64,000 nucleotides of DNA from Octopus sinensis. Its lineage: Eukaryota. Below are positions 1 through 13,155 of the stretch, piece by piece. Position 1 is the stretch's first letter; each line of letters starts with the position of its first letter. Where the stretch lies: NCBI RefSeq assembly GCF_006345805.1, contig NC_042999.1:23002001-23066000 (forward strand), written 5' to 3'. Position numbers and translations under genes: made by a program. A model generated the notes under the pieces. That model worked only from the letters and a program-made list of their open reading frames with translations, searched no databases and had not been told where the DNA came from.

Positions 1-409
1 TATTTATTGTTTTATATCGAAAAAATCTTTCAATTTTTATGTAGACATCTAGATTTATAGAGTGTGAAGCCAATTATTTGTGTTCAGACACATTCAAAAT
101 ATGGTTTCCAATAGATCTTTAAGTGGTTATCAGCAGTGAACACGAAACGGCGATAAAAGTAACGGTTTGGTTGCTTTTGTTGTTGTTGTTGTAATTATTG
201 TTAATGATTCTATTATTGCCTTTGTTGTTTATCTTCAGATAATATCAAACCGAGGTGACCTATGACCAAAGGTATTGATTTCATGACCATTCAAGCTTTC
301 CTTGAACTAAACCACTACTATATTATCCAACAAAATCTCGTTATAATTTAATACAGTAGGATGAGACTGAACAGCGATTTAGCTGCTTTTTCTAGCAGGT
401 CATATAGTA

Positions 410-723
410 GGAGCACTCCGTCGGTTGCGACGATGAGGGTCCCACGTGTACCCTTAACGTAGTTCTCGAGGAGATTCAGCGTGACACAGAGTGTGACAAG
501 GCTGGCCCTTTGAAATACAGGTACAAGAGAAACAGGAAGAAAGCGTGAGAGAAAGTTGTGGTGAAAGAGTACAGCAGGGTTCACCACCACCCCCTGCCGG
601 AGCCTCTTGGAGCTTTAGGTGTTTTCGCTCAATAAACACTCACAACGCCCGGTCTGGGAATCGAAACCGCGATCCTCCGACCGCGAGTCCGCTGCCCTAA
701 CCACTGGACCATTGCGCCTCCAC
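410..723 (-). mobile_element. tRNA-derived SINE family S2 with tail type i
   Basis: Minus strand starts GTGGAGGCGCAATGGTCCAGTGG (A box) ... GGTTTCGATTCC (B box); same head at 6666, 29746, 46300 and 56504. Confidence 0.85.
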
Positions 724-1098
724 TTGCGGGGTCATATATAAAGTGACTATATAAACGCTCCCTCGTTGGCTCGTGGTTTAGGAATTAGGTAGGTCATGTG
801 ATTTGTCACGTCATTTGGGTAATTGATAGGATACTTAATGAGCAGAATATGTTCCATATTGTGTCTTTACGCCTCCAAATTTACATTCGAAATTCATTCG
901 ATATTTGCCTCGCCAGATTCATCGACTGTTCTACATACACCCGGAATTAAGAAGACCAAAGTGTGCAACACATCTTGTGTTTTGTGAGGAAACCTAACGT
1001 ACCGGGAATATCGGAGATTCGTGATATCCCCTCCAACGCAAAATTTCTAGAACGCATGTATTTAGCCCCAGTTTCGACGACTACAAGACGTACTCATC

Positions 1099-1329
1099 GT
1101 ATTTCTTTACTACCCACAAGGGGCTAAACATAGCGGGGACAAACAAGGACAGACAAAGGGATTAAGTCAATTACATCGACTCCAGTGCGTAACTGGTGCT
1201 TAATTTATTGACCCCGAAAGGATGAAAGACAAAGTCGACCTCGGCGGAATTTGAACTCAGACCGTGACGGCAGACGAAACACCGCTATTTCGCCCGGCAT
1301 GCTACCGTTTCTGCCAGCTCGCCGCCTTA
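1099..1329 (-). mobile_element. SINE family S1 (core GCCTTTCATCCTTTCGGGGTCGATAAATTAAGTACC), full length
   Basis: 17-bp TSD TACAAGACGTACTCATC at 1082-1098 and 1330-1346; many related copies in the window. Confidence 0.9.
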
Positions 1330-1346
1330 TACAAGACGTACTCATC

Positions 1347-2340
1347 TTCAGGTCTGATGGGATCGGTGCTTTTCCAGAAAGAATTAGGTCTAACGGTACA
1401 GATGATCATCCTGAATCCGGCAGATAAATTGACGGTTCTAAAGATGAATGACAGTAAAGGCAGCACCTTCAGACTTACGACTGTTTATGCACCCACCGGG
1501 GTAGGCCGGCCAGACTTATTTAGAGGTCTAGAAACCTTCCTAGAGACATCCTGTTCTTTAATACAAGCAGGGGATTGAAATGATATTTTGGACGCTCATG
1601 GGACTGTACAGGGTTAATCCATAGAAGGGGATACAATAGCCTCGAAAACATGCTCAGAGTTTTCAAATGCCTGACAGGCATCGACTGGATTTCCCGAATG
1701 TGCCAACGTGGATTTGGAGCAACTACAATAGATCTTACAGTTGATACTTAGCGAATTCGTTAGATTAACCGACAGAAATACTTTAGGGTGTCCACAATTT
1801 AAACTGGTCGGCTATACAGATCATAAATTTGTGATCTGCACAGTCCTTTAGAGATGATTCATAGACTAAGTCCCAGCTGCTGGAAGTTGAACGTCTACAG
1901 AGATTGGATTAGTGAGCTGGTCAAGAGGCATCTGACAGGAGCAACAGTCAACAAAAAGTGGTGGGGAGCCAAGAAGAGAGCCGTTAAATATGAGCCAATA
2001 GCATTTCGTAAAGAGTTAGTGATAGAGAGTAATAGATTAGAAGAGGTAGTTAGTTAGTAAACTAGAAGAGGCAATTCGAAGTAGCATCGCTACCAACGTG
2101 CTAGCAGCAACAATGTCTCTCGACTATTTCTTCAATGTGAAACACGAAGGCTACGTTGTTAGGATTAGAGATTGTGCGCTAAAACAGGGAAGAATAAAAT
2201 CTGTTCAATGGGTTCGGATGGTAGAGGTGCGACGTGGCAACGGAGCTAGAATTCAATCTTTCACAGATCAGGATGGACCTGTATTGCCCTGTTCAAAGCA
2301 AGTGTTAGCGGCTTTCTAAGAAAGCATTAGGTCACAGAGA
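1347..2340 (+). pseudogene. Decayed LINE ORF2 APE-endonuclease region, L1/Tx1-like
   Basis: Translates to FRLTTVYAP, LIQAGD*ND (GDFN motif), YTDHKFV (SDH motif) and CWKLN; stops and frameshifts. Confidence 0.75.
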
Positions 2341-2577
2341 ATTATGGACTTCGGTAGTTTTCAACTATTTTTCTTACCTATAAACCCTTTTCATTAGTCT
2401 TTTATTCTGGCGGACCCCCATAGCCAGTCGATATTTAAAAACCTGTTTTATAGACACTTCTTTCAAAATTCTTTTTGTATTTTGTTTTTCGCACGCTCAC
2501 TTGCAATATCTCTCCCTCTGAGATAACATGTTTCAGTCGCCGGAAACAAATTATATAAAACATTAGATAACGACTCC

Positions 2578-2734
2578 CAGCTGTTTCTTGCATTAAATAT
2601 ATCTAAATCAAACTTTTTTCATGGACCCTCAAAATACAACTACAGGTCCCTAATTTACTACTTTTCTACCCTGAACCCACCAAAATCTTACGGACCACTC
2701 AGGGATCATATGGATCCCGTTTAAGAATCACTGG
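2578..2734. mobile_element. Possible degenerate hAT-type MITE
   Basis: CAGCTGTTTCTT ... AAGAATCACTG ends resemble CAGTGGTTCTT-type TIRs; no clear TSD. Confidence 0.3.
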
Positions 2735-2904
2735 ACTAAACCTTTCAAAGCGGTTCCCAGCATGGTCGTAGTCCAATGACTGAAACAAGTAAACGATAAA
2801 AGCTTTGCAAATAGCAGTATGGTCAGTTCAAGAGAAACACCAGTTTCTAGGTGGTGTTAAACACTATTTCTCAGTATGAATACTGCTTCCATCACATATA
2901 AAGA

Positions 2905-3106
2905 TTTCTATGGTGTATGTGCTCCCCAGCTGGACAGGACGCCAGTCCATCGCAGTGTTACTCATTTTTGCCAGCTGAGTGGACTGGAGCAACGTGAAAT
3001 GAAGTGTTTTGCTCAAGAACACAACGCGTCACTCGGTTCAGAAATCGAAACCACAATCTTACGATCATGATGCTGACACCCTAACCACTAAGCCACGTAC
3101 CTCCAC
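2905..3106 (-). mobile_element. SINE family S3 (V-SINE-like core)
   Basis: tRNA-like head, TTGTGTTCTTGAGCAAAACACTT core and GCGATGGACTGGCGTCC motif; homologous to 41554-42075. Confidence 0.8.
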
Positions 3107-4314
3107 ACACACGTGCCTTCACTAAAGTAAACAAATTAAGATAATGCCATCTTAAATTGTTCTAAGTAATCACCGATGAAATAAAATTTTAGACTTTTTA
3201 ACTTTAGTAATTTCTAAGATAGCAGAGTGAACACTCAATCATACAAGTAATCAAGCAAAGAAATGGGATAAAAATAGAGACACGTAACTTTGTTATGGTT
3301 GCATACGCTAAAGGAAATGAATTGCGGTAGCGGTGAGCAATGATATACGGACTTAAGAGCATAAAGTAATTACTAGACGTGACGATAATCACAACGCACA
3401 TTCGATTTCCGTTTAAACCCATCTAACTTCACTGATGTTATGATTGCACTTGAGAAAGGCATAGATATCACGACTTCTCATTTTCCCTTTTCGGTAAGTG
3501 CGGTACTGTGTCTACTTAAAAATATAATCAATATTCTATTTTGATTTAATTGGCGTTTTAAAAAAAAAATAATTTTACCAGCTTAAGAAAGCTTTATTTA
3601 CATTTTGGGTTGCTCGGGATTTAATCATTATATTTTGTTCTTATTGTTTATTGCTTTTGTTGTCGTTGTTGTTATTGTCGTCGTTGTTGTTGTTGTTGTT
3701 TGGTTTTTAATCTATTTTCTAATTCTATGGTGGAAGTCTGTTGATAAGGTTCTATTTAAGTTCCTGTCACTTGTCCAGCAGCGGAAATTATCGTTCGACA
3801 AATACGACAGTAATTTATCTTAAACTACTTTTCAGAAATCGTATCTACGACTTCACTGACACGACAAGAAGTGCTAAAATGTGGAAGTGTACTGAAGCAA
3901 TTTAATTGAATTGAGATAAGACAAACTTTCAACGAAAAATATCTCTGGAAAACAAAAGAAAGAAAATCATAGAAAAAAAAAACAAAAAGTAAAAAATTGA
4001 ATACATAAAAGTAATTATATCTGTTATGTGAATAAAAAGAAAACAAAAAAAATCTTCTTGTTTTTCTCCAAATTAGAATAGAAAATAAATTGAAATCAAA
4101 ACAATGGATGATTCTTGTTTTGTTGCTTTCTTCATTTTGTTGAACTTGGATGTGGTATTTTTTAAAATTTTATCTGAGCACTAGACCACCGAAGACTATT
4201 CATAGAATAAAACAACGTTGATATACATATTTTTTTCTTTCTTTCTCCACAGGCGTAAGTGAAGTGAATTAGGTTTGACTTCGGATCGTCATAGAAATGA
4301 AAATGTTATTAGAT

Positions 4315-4335
4315 ATGTATATGTTGTATATATTA

Positions 4336-4383
<48 letters not shown>

Positions 4384-4426
4384 TATAGATATATTATATA
4401 TATATATATAATATATATATAGTATA

Positions 4427-4503
<77 letters not shown>

Positions 4504-4704
4504 ATATATATATAGTATATATACATATGTATATATATACATATGTTATTAATATAATATATGTGTATTATAGATATAATATATGTGTGGTGTGTGTGGG
4601 TGTATATATATATATATATATGTATATTAGATATATATGTATATTATATATATATATATTATATGTTATATATATATATAATATATATGTATATTATATA
4701 TATG

Positions 4705-4754
<50 letters not shown>

Positions 4755-4766
4755 TATATATATATA
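4315..4766. repeat. (TA)n-rich microsatellite
   Basis: Direct inspection. Confidence 0.95.
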
Positions 4767-4825
4767 AGGAAAGTAAGACAAGGTAGAAAATGAAAATGCT
4801 AAAACAATTTTATCACGAAGAAGAT

Positions 4826-4866
4826 TTTAGTACCGCTTTCAGTCTTTTCGACTTCATCAACTTAGA
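4826..4866 (-). ncRNA. Degenerate minimal type I hammerhead-like motif
   Basis: Minus strand: tctaag TTGATGA AGTC gaaaa GACT GAAA gcg GTA ctaaa; perfect stem II, C3>U, imperfect stem I. Confidence 0.5.
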
Positions 4867-5365
4867 GTAAAGCAAGAAAAACAATTAAATTGAAGAAAAA
4901 TTAAATGAAATGTTTTTTTTTTTTTAATATTAACTATCTCTTCAGATCTGCTACTACCTACCGAGCCTTCACAGAAGTAAAAGAAAGAGAGGGAGAGGGT
5001 GGAAGGGAAGTGCCTTGCCTTTCAGAAGACTATGGAATATTTTTTTAAAACATTTCATTTAATTTTTCTTCAATCTAAATGTTTTTCATGCTTTAAAGTC
5101 GAAAAGACTGGAACCGGTTTTAAAATGTTCTTCGTGATAAAATTATTTTACCATTTTCTATCTTGTCTTATTTTCCTTATACATATCAACTCGTGCGTTA
5201 CGTTTCAGCCTTCTACATACATACATCATACATACTACATACATAATACATACATACATACATACATACATACATACATACATACACACACACATACATA
5301 CATACATACATACATCTACATACATACATACATACATACCTAAATACATACACATACATAAATAC

Positions 5366-5410
<45 letters not shown>

Positions 5411-5511
5411 AGATAGTAGATAGATAGATACATAGATACATGTTGTGTGTAAAGGTCAAAAAGTAACACACGAGCTGATACGTATAAGGAAAATGATATA
5501 TATATATATAT

Positions 5512-5556
<45 letters not shown>

Positions 5557-5557
<1 letters not shown>

Positions 5558-5610
5558 ACAACAAATTAAGGAACGGCCATAATATTATGGCCGTTCCTTA
5601 ATTTGTTGTT
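5557..5610. repeat. Perfect 54-bp palindrome
   Basis: AACAACAAATTAAGGAACGGCCATAAT followed directly by its exact reverse complement. Confidence 0.95.
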
Positions 5611-5700
5611 GAATTATTATAGTCTCTGACTATTTCCTTTTTCTCACTAGACCGCTGGTGGCAAATAATTTCTGCTGAATTTTTTGCTACCCTATATTGG

Positions 5701-5769
<69 letters not shown>

Positions 5770-5898
5770 TATCATAAGCAAGGGCTAAAGAAAGTTTTCA
5801 AAAGCAAATATACTGAAATCCACGTTTAATCTACTTGCTACAGAAAGTTGAACTGAAATGCGGGCAACTCTACCTTTGGAACATTTAAATTTCGTTAT

Positions 5899-5956
5899 CT
5901 TAATATTGAATCAATTCGGAATCAACACTATAAGTGTTTGTTCTTCTTCAGTTAAG
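5899..5956 (-). ncRNA. Degenerate type I hammerhead-like motif
   Basis: Minus strand: CTTAA CTGAAGA agaac..hairpin..gattcc GAA TTGA t TCAA TA TTAAG; perfect 5-bp stem I, one core A missing. Confidence 0.55.
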
Positions 5957-6146
5957 CTTACGAGAGAATATAAGTGAGATACTCACACGCGCCCATGGAA
6001 AACAGTGGAAGCGAATAACACAAGCACATCTGAGTAACCCCGTTATATCCAAAAATAAAAGTTCGTAGGTTAAGTCTCAGAACAACCTGTTGACTTGCCG
6101 CCGCTACATATTGTAGTGGTTACAAGTCCCCTTGCAGCAAGTAGTA

Positions 6147-6180
<34 letters not shown>

Positions 6181-6294
6181 TATTACTGTTTAGCCCTAGG
6201 AAGCAGCAACGCTTCCTGTCAGCCTTGACACATTTACTGTGTCCTTATGTTTGCAAGGGGGAGATAAGCATCCCCACCCAGCTAAGCCTGCAAC

Positions 6295-6333
6295 CAGAGA
6301 CTAGTTTCTGAGTCTTTGCTCGTTATCAGTCTG
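6295..6333 (-). ncRNA. Degenerate minimal hammerhead-like motif
   Basis: Minus strand: CAGA CTGATAA cGAGcaaagaCTCa GAAA CTA GTC TCTG; palindromic ACTAGT stem III, G8>A. Confidence 0.5.
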
Positions 6334-6593
6334 ATGGAATTTGGCTTTATCAAAGTACGGTACGTTCAATACGAAGTCTTCAGTTGTTCTTTTAATTATC
6401 AATAGGTTAATAAAAATCAACATATATTTCAGCCTTAATCTTCATAAGCCAATGAGATAATATCTATGTAGTCGTCTGATTTACTGGAAACAGCGGCTAA
6501 ATCTCCTTCAAATAACAGTTTCTACTTTAGGCGCAGGGATAGAATATTTGAGTGGAAGAGACTAGTCTATATCATCGACCCTAGTATGTACAC

Positions 6594-6982
6594 GTGGAGC
6601 CACATGGCCTAGTGGCTAGAGCAGCGGACTCGCAGGTTCGAATCTCAGACCGGGGGGATGTGTGTGTGGAGGCGCAATGGCCCAGTGGTTAGGGCAGCGG
6701 ACTCGTGGTCATAGGATCGCGGTTTCGATTCCCAGACCGCCGGGCGTTGTGTGTTTTTTGAATGAAAACGCATAAAAGCTCCACGAGGCTCCGGCAGGGG
6801 ATGGTGGCGATCCCTGCTGTACTCTTTCACCGCAACTTTCTCTCACTCTTTCCGCCTTCATCTTGCAGCTCACCTGCGACGGACGGCATCCCTTCCAGGT
6901 GAGGGAGCTATACGCCAAAGAGACCGGGAAACCGGCCCTTATGAGCCAGGCGTGGCTCGAGAAGGAGCAAACAACAACAACA
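6594..6982 (+). mobile_element. Double-headed S2 SINE with tail type ii, ending in (CAA)n
   Basis: Two tRNA-like heads (6594 and 6666); TSD AGTATGTACAC at 6583-6593 and 6983-6993. Confidence 0.8.
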
Positions 6983-7208
6983 AGTATGTACACAGGGGTG
7001 GGGAGCGGTCGCTCCCTTTGATCCCTCATTAGTTACACCACTGCGCATGTATGCATACATGCATGTACATATATATGCATGTATTTATGCATGTATGTAT
7101 ATAGGTATGCTTTTAAGTATAGAATTGTTCCGGGAATGTTTATTCTCGAAGCATTGTAGAAAATAAATAAGCATAACTTACATTTATTAATAACTGAAGT
7201 ATCTATTA

Positions 7209-7625
7209 TTACTCTTTTACTCGTTTACTTGTTTCAGTCATGTGACTGTGGCCATGCTGGAGCACCGCCTTTAGTCGAGCAAATCGACCCCAGGACTTAT
7301 TCTTTGTAAGCCTAGAACTTATTCTATCGGACTCTTTTGCCTGAACCGCTTTATTATGGGGACGATAACACACCAGCATCGGTGCCAAGCGATGTTGGGG
7401 TGGGGAACAAACACACACACACACAAACACGCACACATATATATATACATACATATACATATATACGACGGGCTTCTTTCAGTTTCCGTCTTCTAAATCC
7501 ATTCACAAGTCTTTGGTCGGCCCGAGGCTTTAGTAGAAGACACTTGCCCAAAGTGCCATGCAGTGGGACTGAACCCGGAACCATGTGGTTGGTAAGCAAA
7601 CTACTTACCACACAGCCACTCCTGC
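7209..7625 (-). mobile_element. SINE family S4, full length, with internal TA/CA microsatellite
   Basis: A box TGGCTGTGTGG, B box GGGTTCAGTCCC, GATTT(A/G)GTAGACGGAAACTGAAAGAAGCCCGTCG-type core, GTAAAAGA tail. Confidence 0.9.
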
Positions 7626-7629
7626 GATC

Positions 7630-7844
7630 TTTCTTTTATTTGTTTCAGTCATTAGACTGTGGCCATACTGGGGCACCGCCTTGAAGAATTCTTTAGTTGA
7701 ATGAATCGAGCCCAATACTTATTTTTTTTCTTTTCAACTTGTAACTTAATTTATCGAACTCTTTTGTCGAAGCGCTAAGTTACAGGGACGTAAATACACC
7801 AACATCGTTGTCAACTGATGCGGGAGGCAGGGATAAACACAAAG

Positions 7845-7883
<39 letters not shown>

Positions 7884-8042
7884 TATTCTAAATATACTCA
7901 CGTGTCTCTTGAGTCCTGCTGGTGCCTTGCAAACCTTTTGACAAATGGAACAAGTTGAGGACGAGTGTTTGTGGATCATTTACAAGATGTTTTCCTGAAT
8001 GGACGCCAAGGCCTGCTTTGTCCCGTTCCTCAAAACCACAAC

Positions 8043-8081
<39 letters not shown>

Positions 8082-8227
8082 TGGGCTTCTTTCAGTTTTC
8101 GTCTGCAAAATCCACTCATAAGATTTTGGTCGGCCCGAGGCAATAGTAGATGACATTTACCCAAGGTGCCATGCAGTGGGACTGAACCTGGAACCATATG
8201 ATTGAGAAACAAGATTCTTACCACACA
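7630..8227 (-). mobile_element. Diverged S4 SINE with about 160 bp inserted in its CA tract
   Basis: Homology to 7209-7625. Confidence 0.75.
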
Positions 8228-8765
8228 ATATTTAAGATTTTTAATTTCAGAAATTTAAAGAAATCAATTTTCTTTTATAGAAAATAGACATTCGTCAGTG
8301 CAGAAGCAATTTCCTTCTAAAATATAAATGCAGTGTTCATCGTTAATGAATTTAAGATTTTTAATTAAAATTATTAATTCTATCTTTGAGATTATGAACT
8401 TCTCTTAGATGTCCCTCTATGCAAAATATCAGTGACCTAAGTGCAAACGAGTGGCCTACAGCCTGGAACATGCAGACTTCCATATATATATATATATATA
8501 TATAGACTTCAATATGTGTGTATCTGTGCGTATGTGTATGTGCATGTGTATCATTTAATATATACAGAATTTCATAAAAAGCTACTAAGAATTTCATGCC
8601 ATAGAGATATTATAATTTGGTACTTATATTAATTATTGTATCCTTTCAGCATGAAACTATTGGTAACTTTTGTTTTAGACAATTCCGTGAATATTAAATT
8701 AAATATATATCTCACTAGTGGAGTACTTTTTTGTTAATCTTATCTATAACGGAACAGTAATCTAC

Positions 8766-8818
<53 letters not shown>

Positions 8819-8956
8819 GTATTGTATATATATATATATATGTGTATGTATGTATGTATGTATGTATGTATATATGTATATAAATTTAAGTGTTTATGAA
8901 TAGCTGCCTAAACGTACTCCTTCCTGTTGACACTATTCAATTTTATGTGTGTATAG

Positions 8957-8991
<35 letters not shown>

Positions 8992-9169
8992 TATATGCTA
9001 CATGCATACTATATACATGCAAGCATACATACATGCATATATACATACATGCATGGATACGTATTCACAATTACATACATGTGTGTGTGTGTGTTTGTGT
9101 TTGTGTCTGTATGTGTATAGAATTCAGAGTAATTACATATACATAAATACAGGACAAGATTAAAATAGC

Positions 9170-9246
9170 GTGCTACATAATCGTTTCACCGGGTGAGATG
9201 CATAATTATATAAAAGTGTATACTGAATCAGTGTTTCATCAAGCAC
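9170..9246 (-). ncRNA. Degenerate type I hammerhead-like motif
   Basis: Minus strand: GTGC TTGATGA ... GAAA C gattat GTA GCAC; stem I closes at a GUA site, stem II poor. Confidence 0.4.
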
Positions 9247-9667
9247 AATTCACTGTTTGGAATTCAAACTCTGAATTTTAAGTACGATTGACCACCAAAT
9301 CATAATAAAATCCAACGATAGTAATTGGTGATTTAAAAGCAATGGGGATAATTAAAGGTCTCGATTTACACAATATGATTGTGTAGATTTCTTCGTCTGA
9401 TAATCCCTTTTTGACTTCGCTAAACAATATTCTGATATATACTTGGAATCCATTACCCATTCCAGGAAAACCGCTTCTCTTTGATAAATTCGTTCTGAAT
9501 AAAAACTTGCGAACAGACATGCCCTTTCTTCGTAAGTATTAGATCATACTTCATCGCTAATGTATGCAATATCGTTAGCCTATATAAACTAAAGTTTCTG
9601 ACAGAAAAATTTAAGAGACATGACATTGCTTCATAATCGATATAATCGTTTTTATTTTTCATTATAC

Positions 9668-10220
9668 TTGCTTCAGTCATTGGACTGCAGCCATGCTGGA
9701 AGACCGCCTTGAAGGGTTTAGTCGAAGGAATCGACCCTGGTTCTTATTATTAAGCCTAGTACTTATTATATTGGTACCTTTTCCCGAACCGCTAAGTTAC
9801 GGGAACGTTAAAAGAGAAACAGCGCCGCGTGTTCTTTTATCATGCCATAGCCCACCTTCGATTGCAGAAGGCCCACGTATACACGCGATGGTGGGAGTTG
9901 AACACGGTTAACATTAGGGCCGAAAATTGAATAGTTTTATTGTGGCGTGTCAAGCTCATCTAATCATATATAACATACATACATACATACATACATACAT
10001 ACATACATACATACATACATGTAAATGTATGTATGTATATATCTATGCATGTATGTGTGCATGTATGCGACAAGCTTCTTTCCGTTTCTGTCTACCATAT
10101 CCACCTAGAAGGCATTGGTCGGCCTGAGGCTATAGTAGAAGACACTTGTCCAAGGTGCCATGCAGTGGGACTGAACCTAGGACCATGTGGTTGGGAAACA
10201 AAATTATTACCACACAGCCA
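9668..10220 (-). mobile_element. Diverged, interrupted S4 SINE
   Basis: Homology to other S4 copies. Confidence 0.75.
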
Positions 10221-10259
10221 TTGTGTCAAACACTCGCCCGGTCAACACTGTTTTAGTTT

Positions 10260-10720
10260 GTCTCGTCAAAAGAAACTGCTTTAAATTACCAATGGCAGCA
10301 TCCCCATATATGAGAAACATAATAATACTCCAACCAAAATCACCAACGATTGGTAAATTGATATGCATAAATAAAGAGGCATTCCCATTCAATCAATGTT
10401 GCAACACAAACGATGATGTGCAAGGACGAAGTTAACTCTTGTAATAAGACAAAATGCATTATCGGAAATAGTAGAAAAACATTTAAACAACGCAAACCGC
10501 AGTACTTCCTTCAAAAAGAAAAGGTCATCAACATCATTGTCCAACTATGTTTGGTGGCTAAAAGAACATAACATCGAAAATAATATAAAATAGAGATCCG
10601 ATAACAATGCAAACCGTATTTCAGTAGCATGAGGTATTGCCAGATTTGCATGATGGGAAAAAGGCACAATACTGAATATCATAAAGACCTCAAAGAAATG
10701 TCGGAGTACTCGTCTCTGAT
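10260..10720 (+). pseudogene. Penelope-like element linker and GIY-YIG endonuclease remnant
   Basis: Fragments CIIGNSRKTFKQR, STSLSNYVWWLKEHNIENNIK* and PYFSSMRYCQICMM match the PLE GIY-YIG pattern (YIG..TFKxR..STxLSxYxWxLK..CxLC). Confidence 0.75.
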
Positions 10721-10974
10721 TTTTTGGGCAGTTAATTCCAGGTACCCTACAACACTACCAAATTTTGTATATGAAGCTAGATGAAATAGCCATTTCTGAA
10801 GACTTCCTACTTAGCTAAGTAACCTACGTAGAACACTATCCCTTTCATTTAGACTACTTATCTTAGAAGGTAGAACTATAATATTTATAAACTTTCCAAC
10901 TTCGTCAACTCATATACTATAAGAAAACTCTTGTCTGCTTGCATTCTAAATAATTCACATTAATTTAGAATATA

Positions 10975-11408
10975 ATTGGTTTCAAATTTAGGCACAAGGC
11001 TAGCAATTTCGTGGAAGAGAGTAAGTCCATTACATCGATCCCAGTGCTCAACTGGTACTTATTTTATCGACCCCGAAAGGATGAAAAGCAAAGCCAACCT
11101 CGACAGAGTTTGAGCTCAGAATGTAAAGACAGATAAAATGTTGCTATGCATTGTATCGGCGTTCAAACAATCCAACCAGCTTGCTGCCTTAATAATAATA
11201 ACGTTCCTTTCTACTATAGAAATTTGATGGGGGTGGGCTAGTCGATTACATCGACAAGGGTTCTCAAATGGTGCTTTTTTTTATTGACTCAGGAAAGATA
11301 AAAGGCAAGTCAACCTCAGCGGAATTTGAACTCAGAGCGTAAAGACGGACGAAATGTTGCTAAGCATTTTGCCCGGCATACTCACGATTCTGCTAGCTTG
11401 CCGCCTTT
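10975..11408 (-). mobile_element. Two tandem diverged S1 SINEs
   Basis: S1 core present twice. Confidence 0.8.
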
Positions 11409-12589
11409 AATTCGTTTTTATTATGTTAAACTATCGTATGTCCAAATTTGGCCAAATGCGGGTTTTTTTTTTTTTTTTTTTTTTTCAATATTTAATTTGC
11501 TTGGTCAAACTGTCGTATCTCTAGCTGCTTCAGACGCCAAGATATGAAAATTGTCAAAGTGTAGTACAACGGTTCAGCATTTTTCAAAAGTGTAGTAAGT
11601 CCCACATACAACAGTTTTGCAAAAATATATCTGACTGAAAATATCATACATGCATGGAGTTACGCTTTTATGCATCCAACAAAGTATTATCAAATAGAAA
11701 TATTACATTTCTAAATATCTCAGAGAGATATAAGCAGTAGTGGTGCGATAGAGTAGTTGTATAGAGTAGTAGTTGTATACTGTCAACTTAATGTGACAGT
11801 CCCATGAAGGGAATTATACTACTGCTATTTAGCCCCAGGAAGCATCAACGCTTCCTGTCGGCCTTGACACATTTCCTGTGTCCTTATGTTTTATTATTGT
11901 TAAGCTGAAACTGTTGCTAATGTAAAAAGAAATAAAATGGTGAAACTATTCTTTCGTTTTCCGAAAAAGCAACGTTTTGGACTTACGACACTTTTGCATA
12001 ATAACAACGAATTGGAATATAATTAAAAAATAAAATCAAAGAACACTCTTCTACTTGCGTTCGAAAACAAAATAATGTATTTATTCAATTAAAGAAACCG
12101 CCACCATCACAGTCATTGCCGGAAAATAAAGGGGAAAACCATGATTTACTTTCCGTCTATTACCTTGTAAATGTGGCCACACTTAAGATTCTAGCTGTGA
12201 GTGTTCACAGACCGTGGCTCATTGTAGTCTTCCATTTATGTAACAGTTCAAAAATGGCGTTTACGAAGAGAAAAGACGAAAAGATGAATGATCACATTTT
12301 ACGGCACTTTAACAAGGCGAAATGTTTGAGAGTTGCGATTTTAATGATTAGTTGCACTTGGTTATTCTCTGATTTCGTAGAACACTCTTGGATATTGGTT
12401 TGAAATTTTTTGCACGAAGCCAGAAATTTCGAGGGAGGGGTAAGTCGGTTATATCGACCCCCAGTTCTCAGCTGGTACTTATTTTATCGAACTTGTGGGA
12501 GATTAAAAGCAAAGCCGACTTCGGCGGAATTTGAACTCGGAACGTCTAAGCTACACCAGGCGAAAACGTGTGTGTGTGTGTGTGTTCTT

Positions 12590-12774
12590 TTCTTTTATTT
12601 GCTTCAGTCATTTGACTACAGCCATGCTGGAGTACCGTCTTTAGTCGAACAAATCGACCCTAGTACTTATTCTATCGGCCTCTTTTGCCGAACTGCTAAG
12701 ATTACGGGGACGTAAACACACCAACATCAGTTGTCAAGCGATGGTGGGGGACAAACACCAGACACACAAACATT

Positions 12775-12840
<66 letters not shown>

Positions 12841-13155
12841 CTATATATATATCTATATATATATATATATATATATTACAACTGGCTTCTTTCAGTTTCC
12901 GTCTACTAAATCCGCTCACACAAGACTTTGGTCGGCCCGAGGCTATAGTAGAAAACACTTGCCCAAGGTGCCACGCAGTGGGACTGAACCCGGAACCATG
13001 TGGCTCGTAAGCAAGCTACTTTATTTCATTAAACTTGTCATGGAGACAGTACAAATATAAGGATGGAAGAAGACAGAAAGTGCCCGCCGACCCTCTGCTT
13101 CTTATCATACAGCTTCTTACCACACACAAGCTACTTTCCACCCAGCCACTCCTGC
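12590..13155 (-). mobile_element. S4 SINE with expanded internal microsatellite and an insert of about 105 bp in its head
   Basis: S4 homology; CAAGCTACTT duplicated around 13021-13126. Confidence 0.8.

Noticed and set aside
6666-6740. tRNA-like sequences with A and B boxes
   Set aside because: They continue into repeat bodies with tails and TSDs, so they are SINE heads and not tRNA genes
9278-9680. Open frames on both strands and a GTAAGT at 9532
   Set aside because: No recognisable domain and only a weak acceptor
10796-10835. CTGAAGA downstream of the Penelope GIY-YIG remnant
   Set aside because: The position is suggestive but GAAA is absent, so it is too decayed to call
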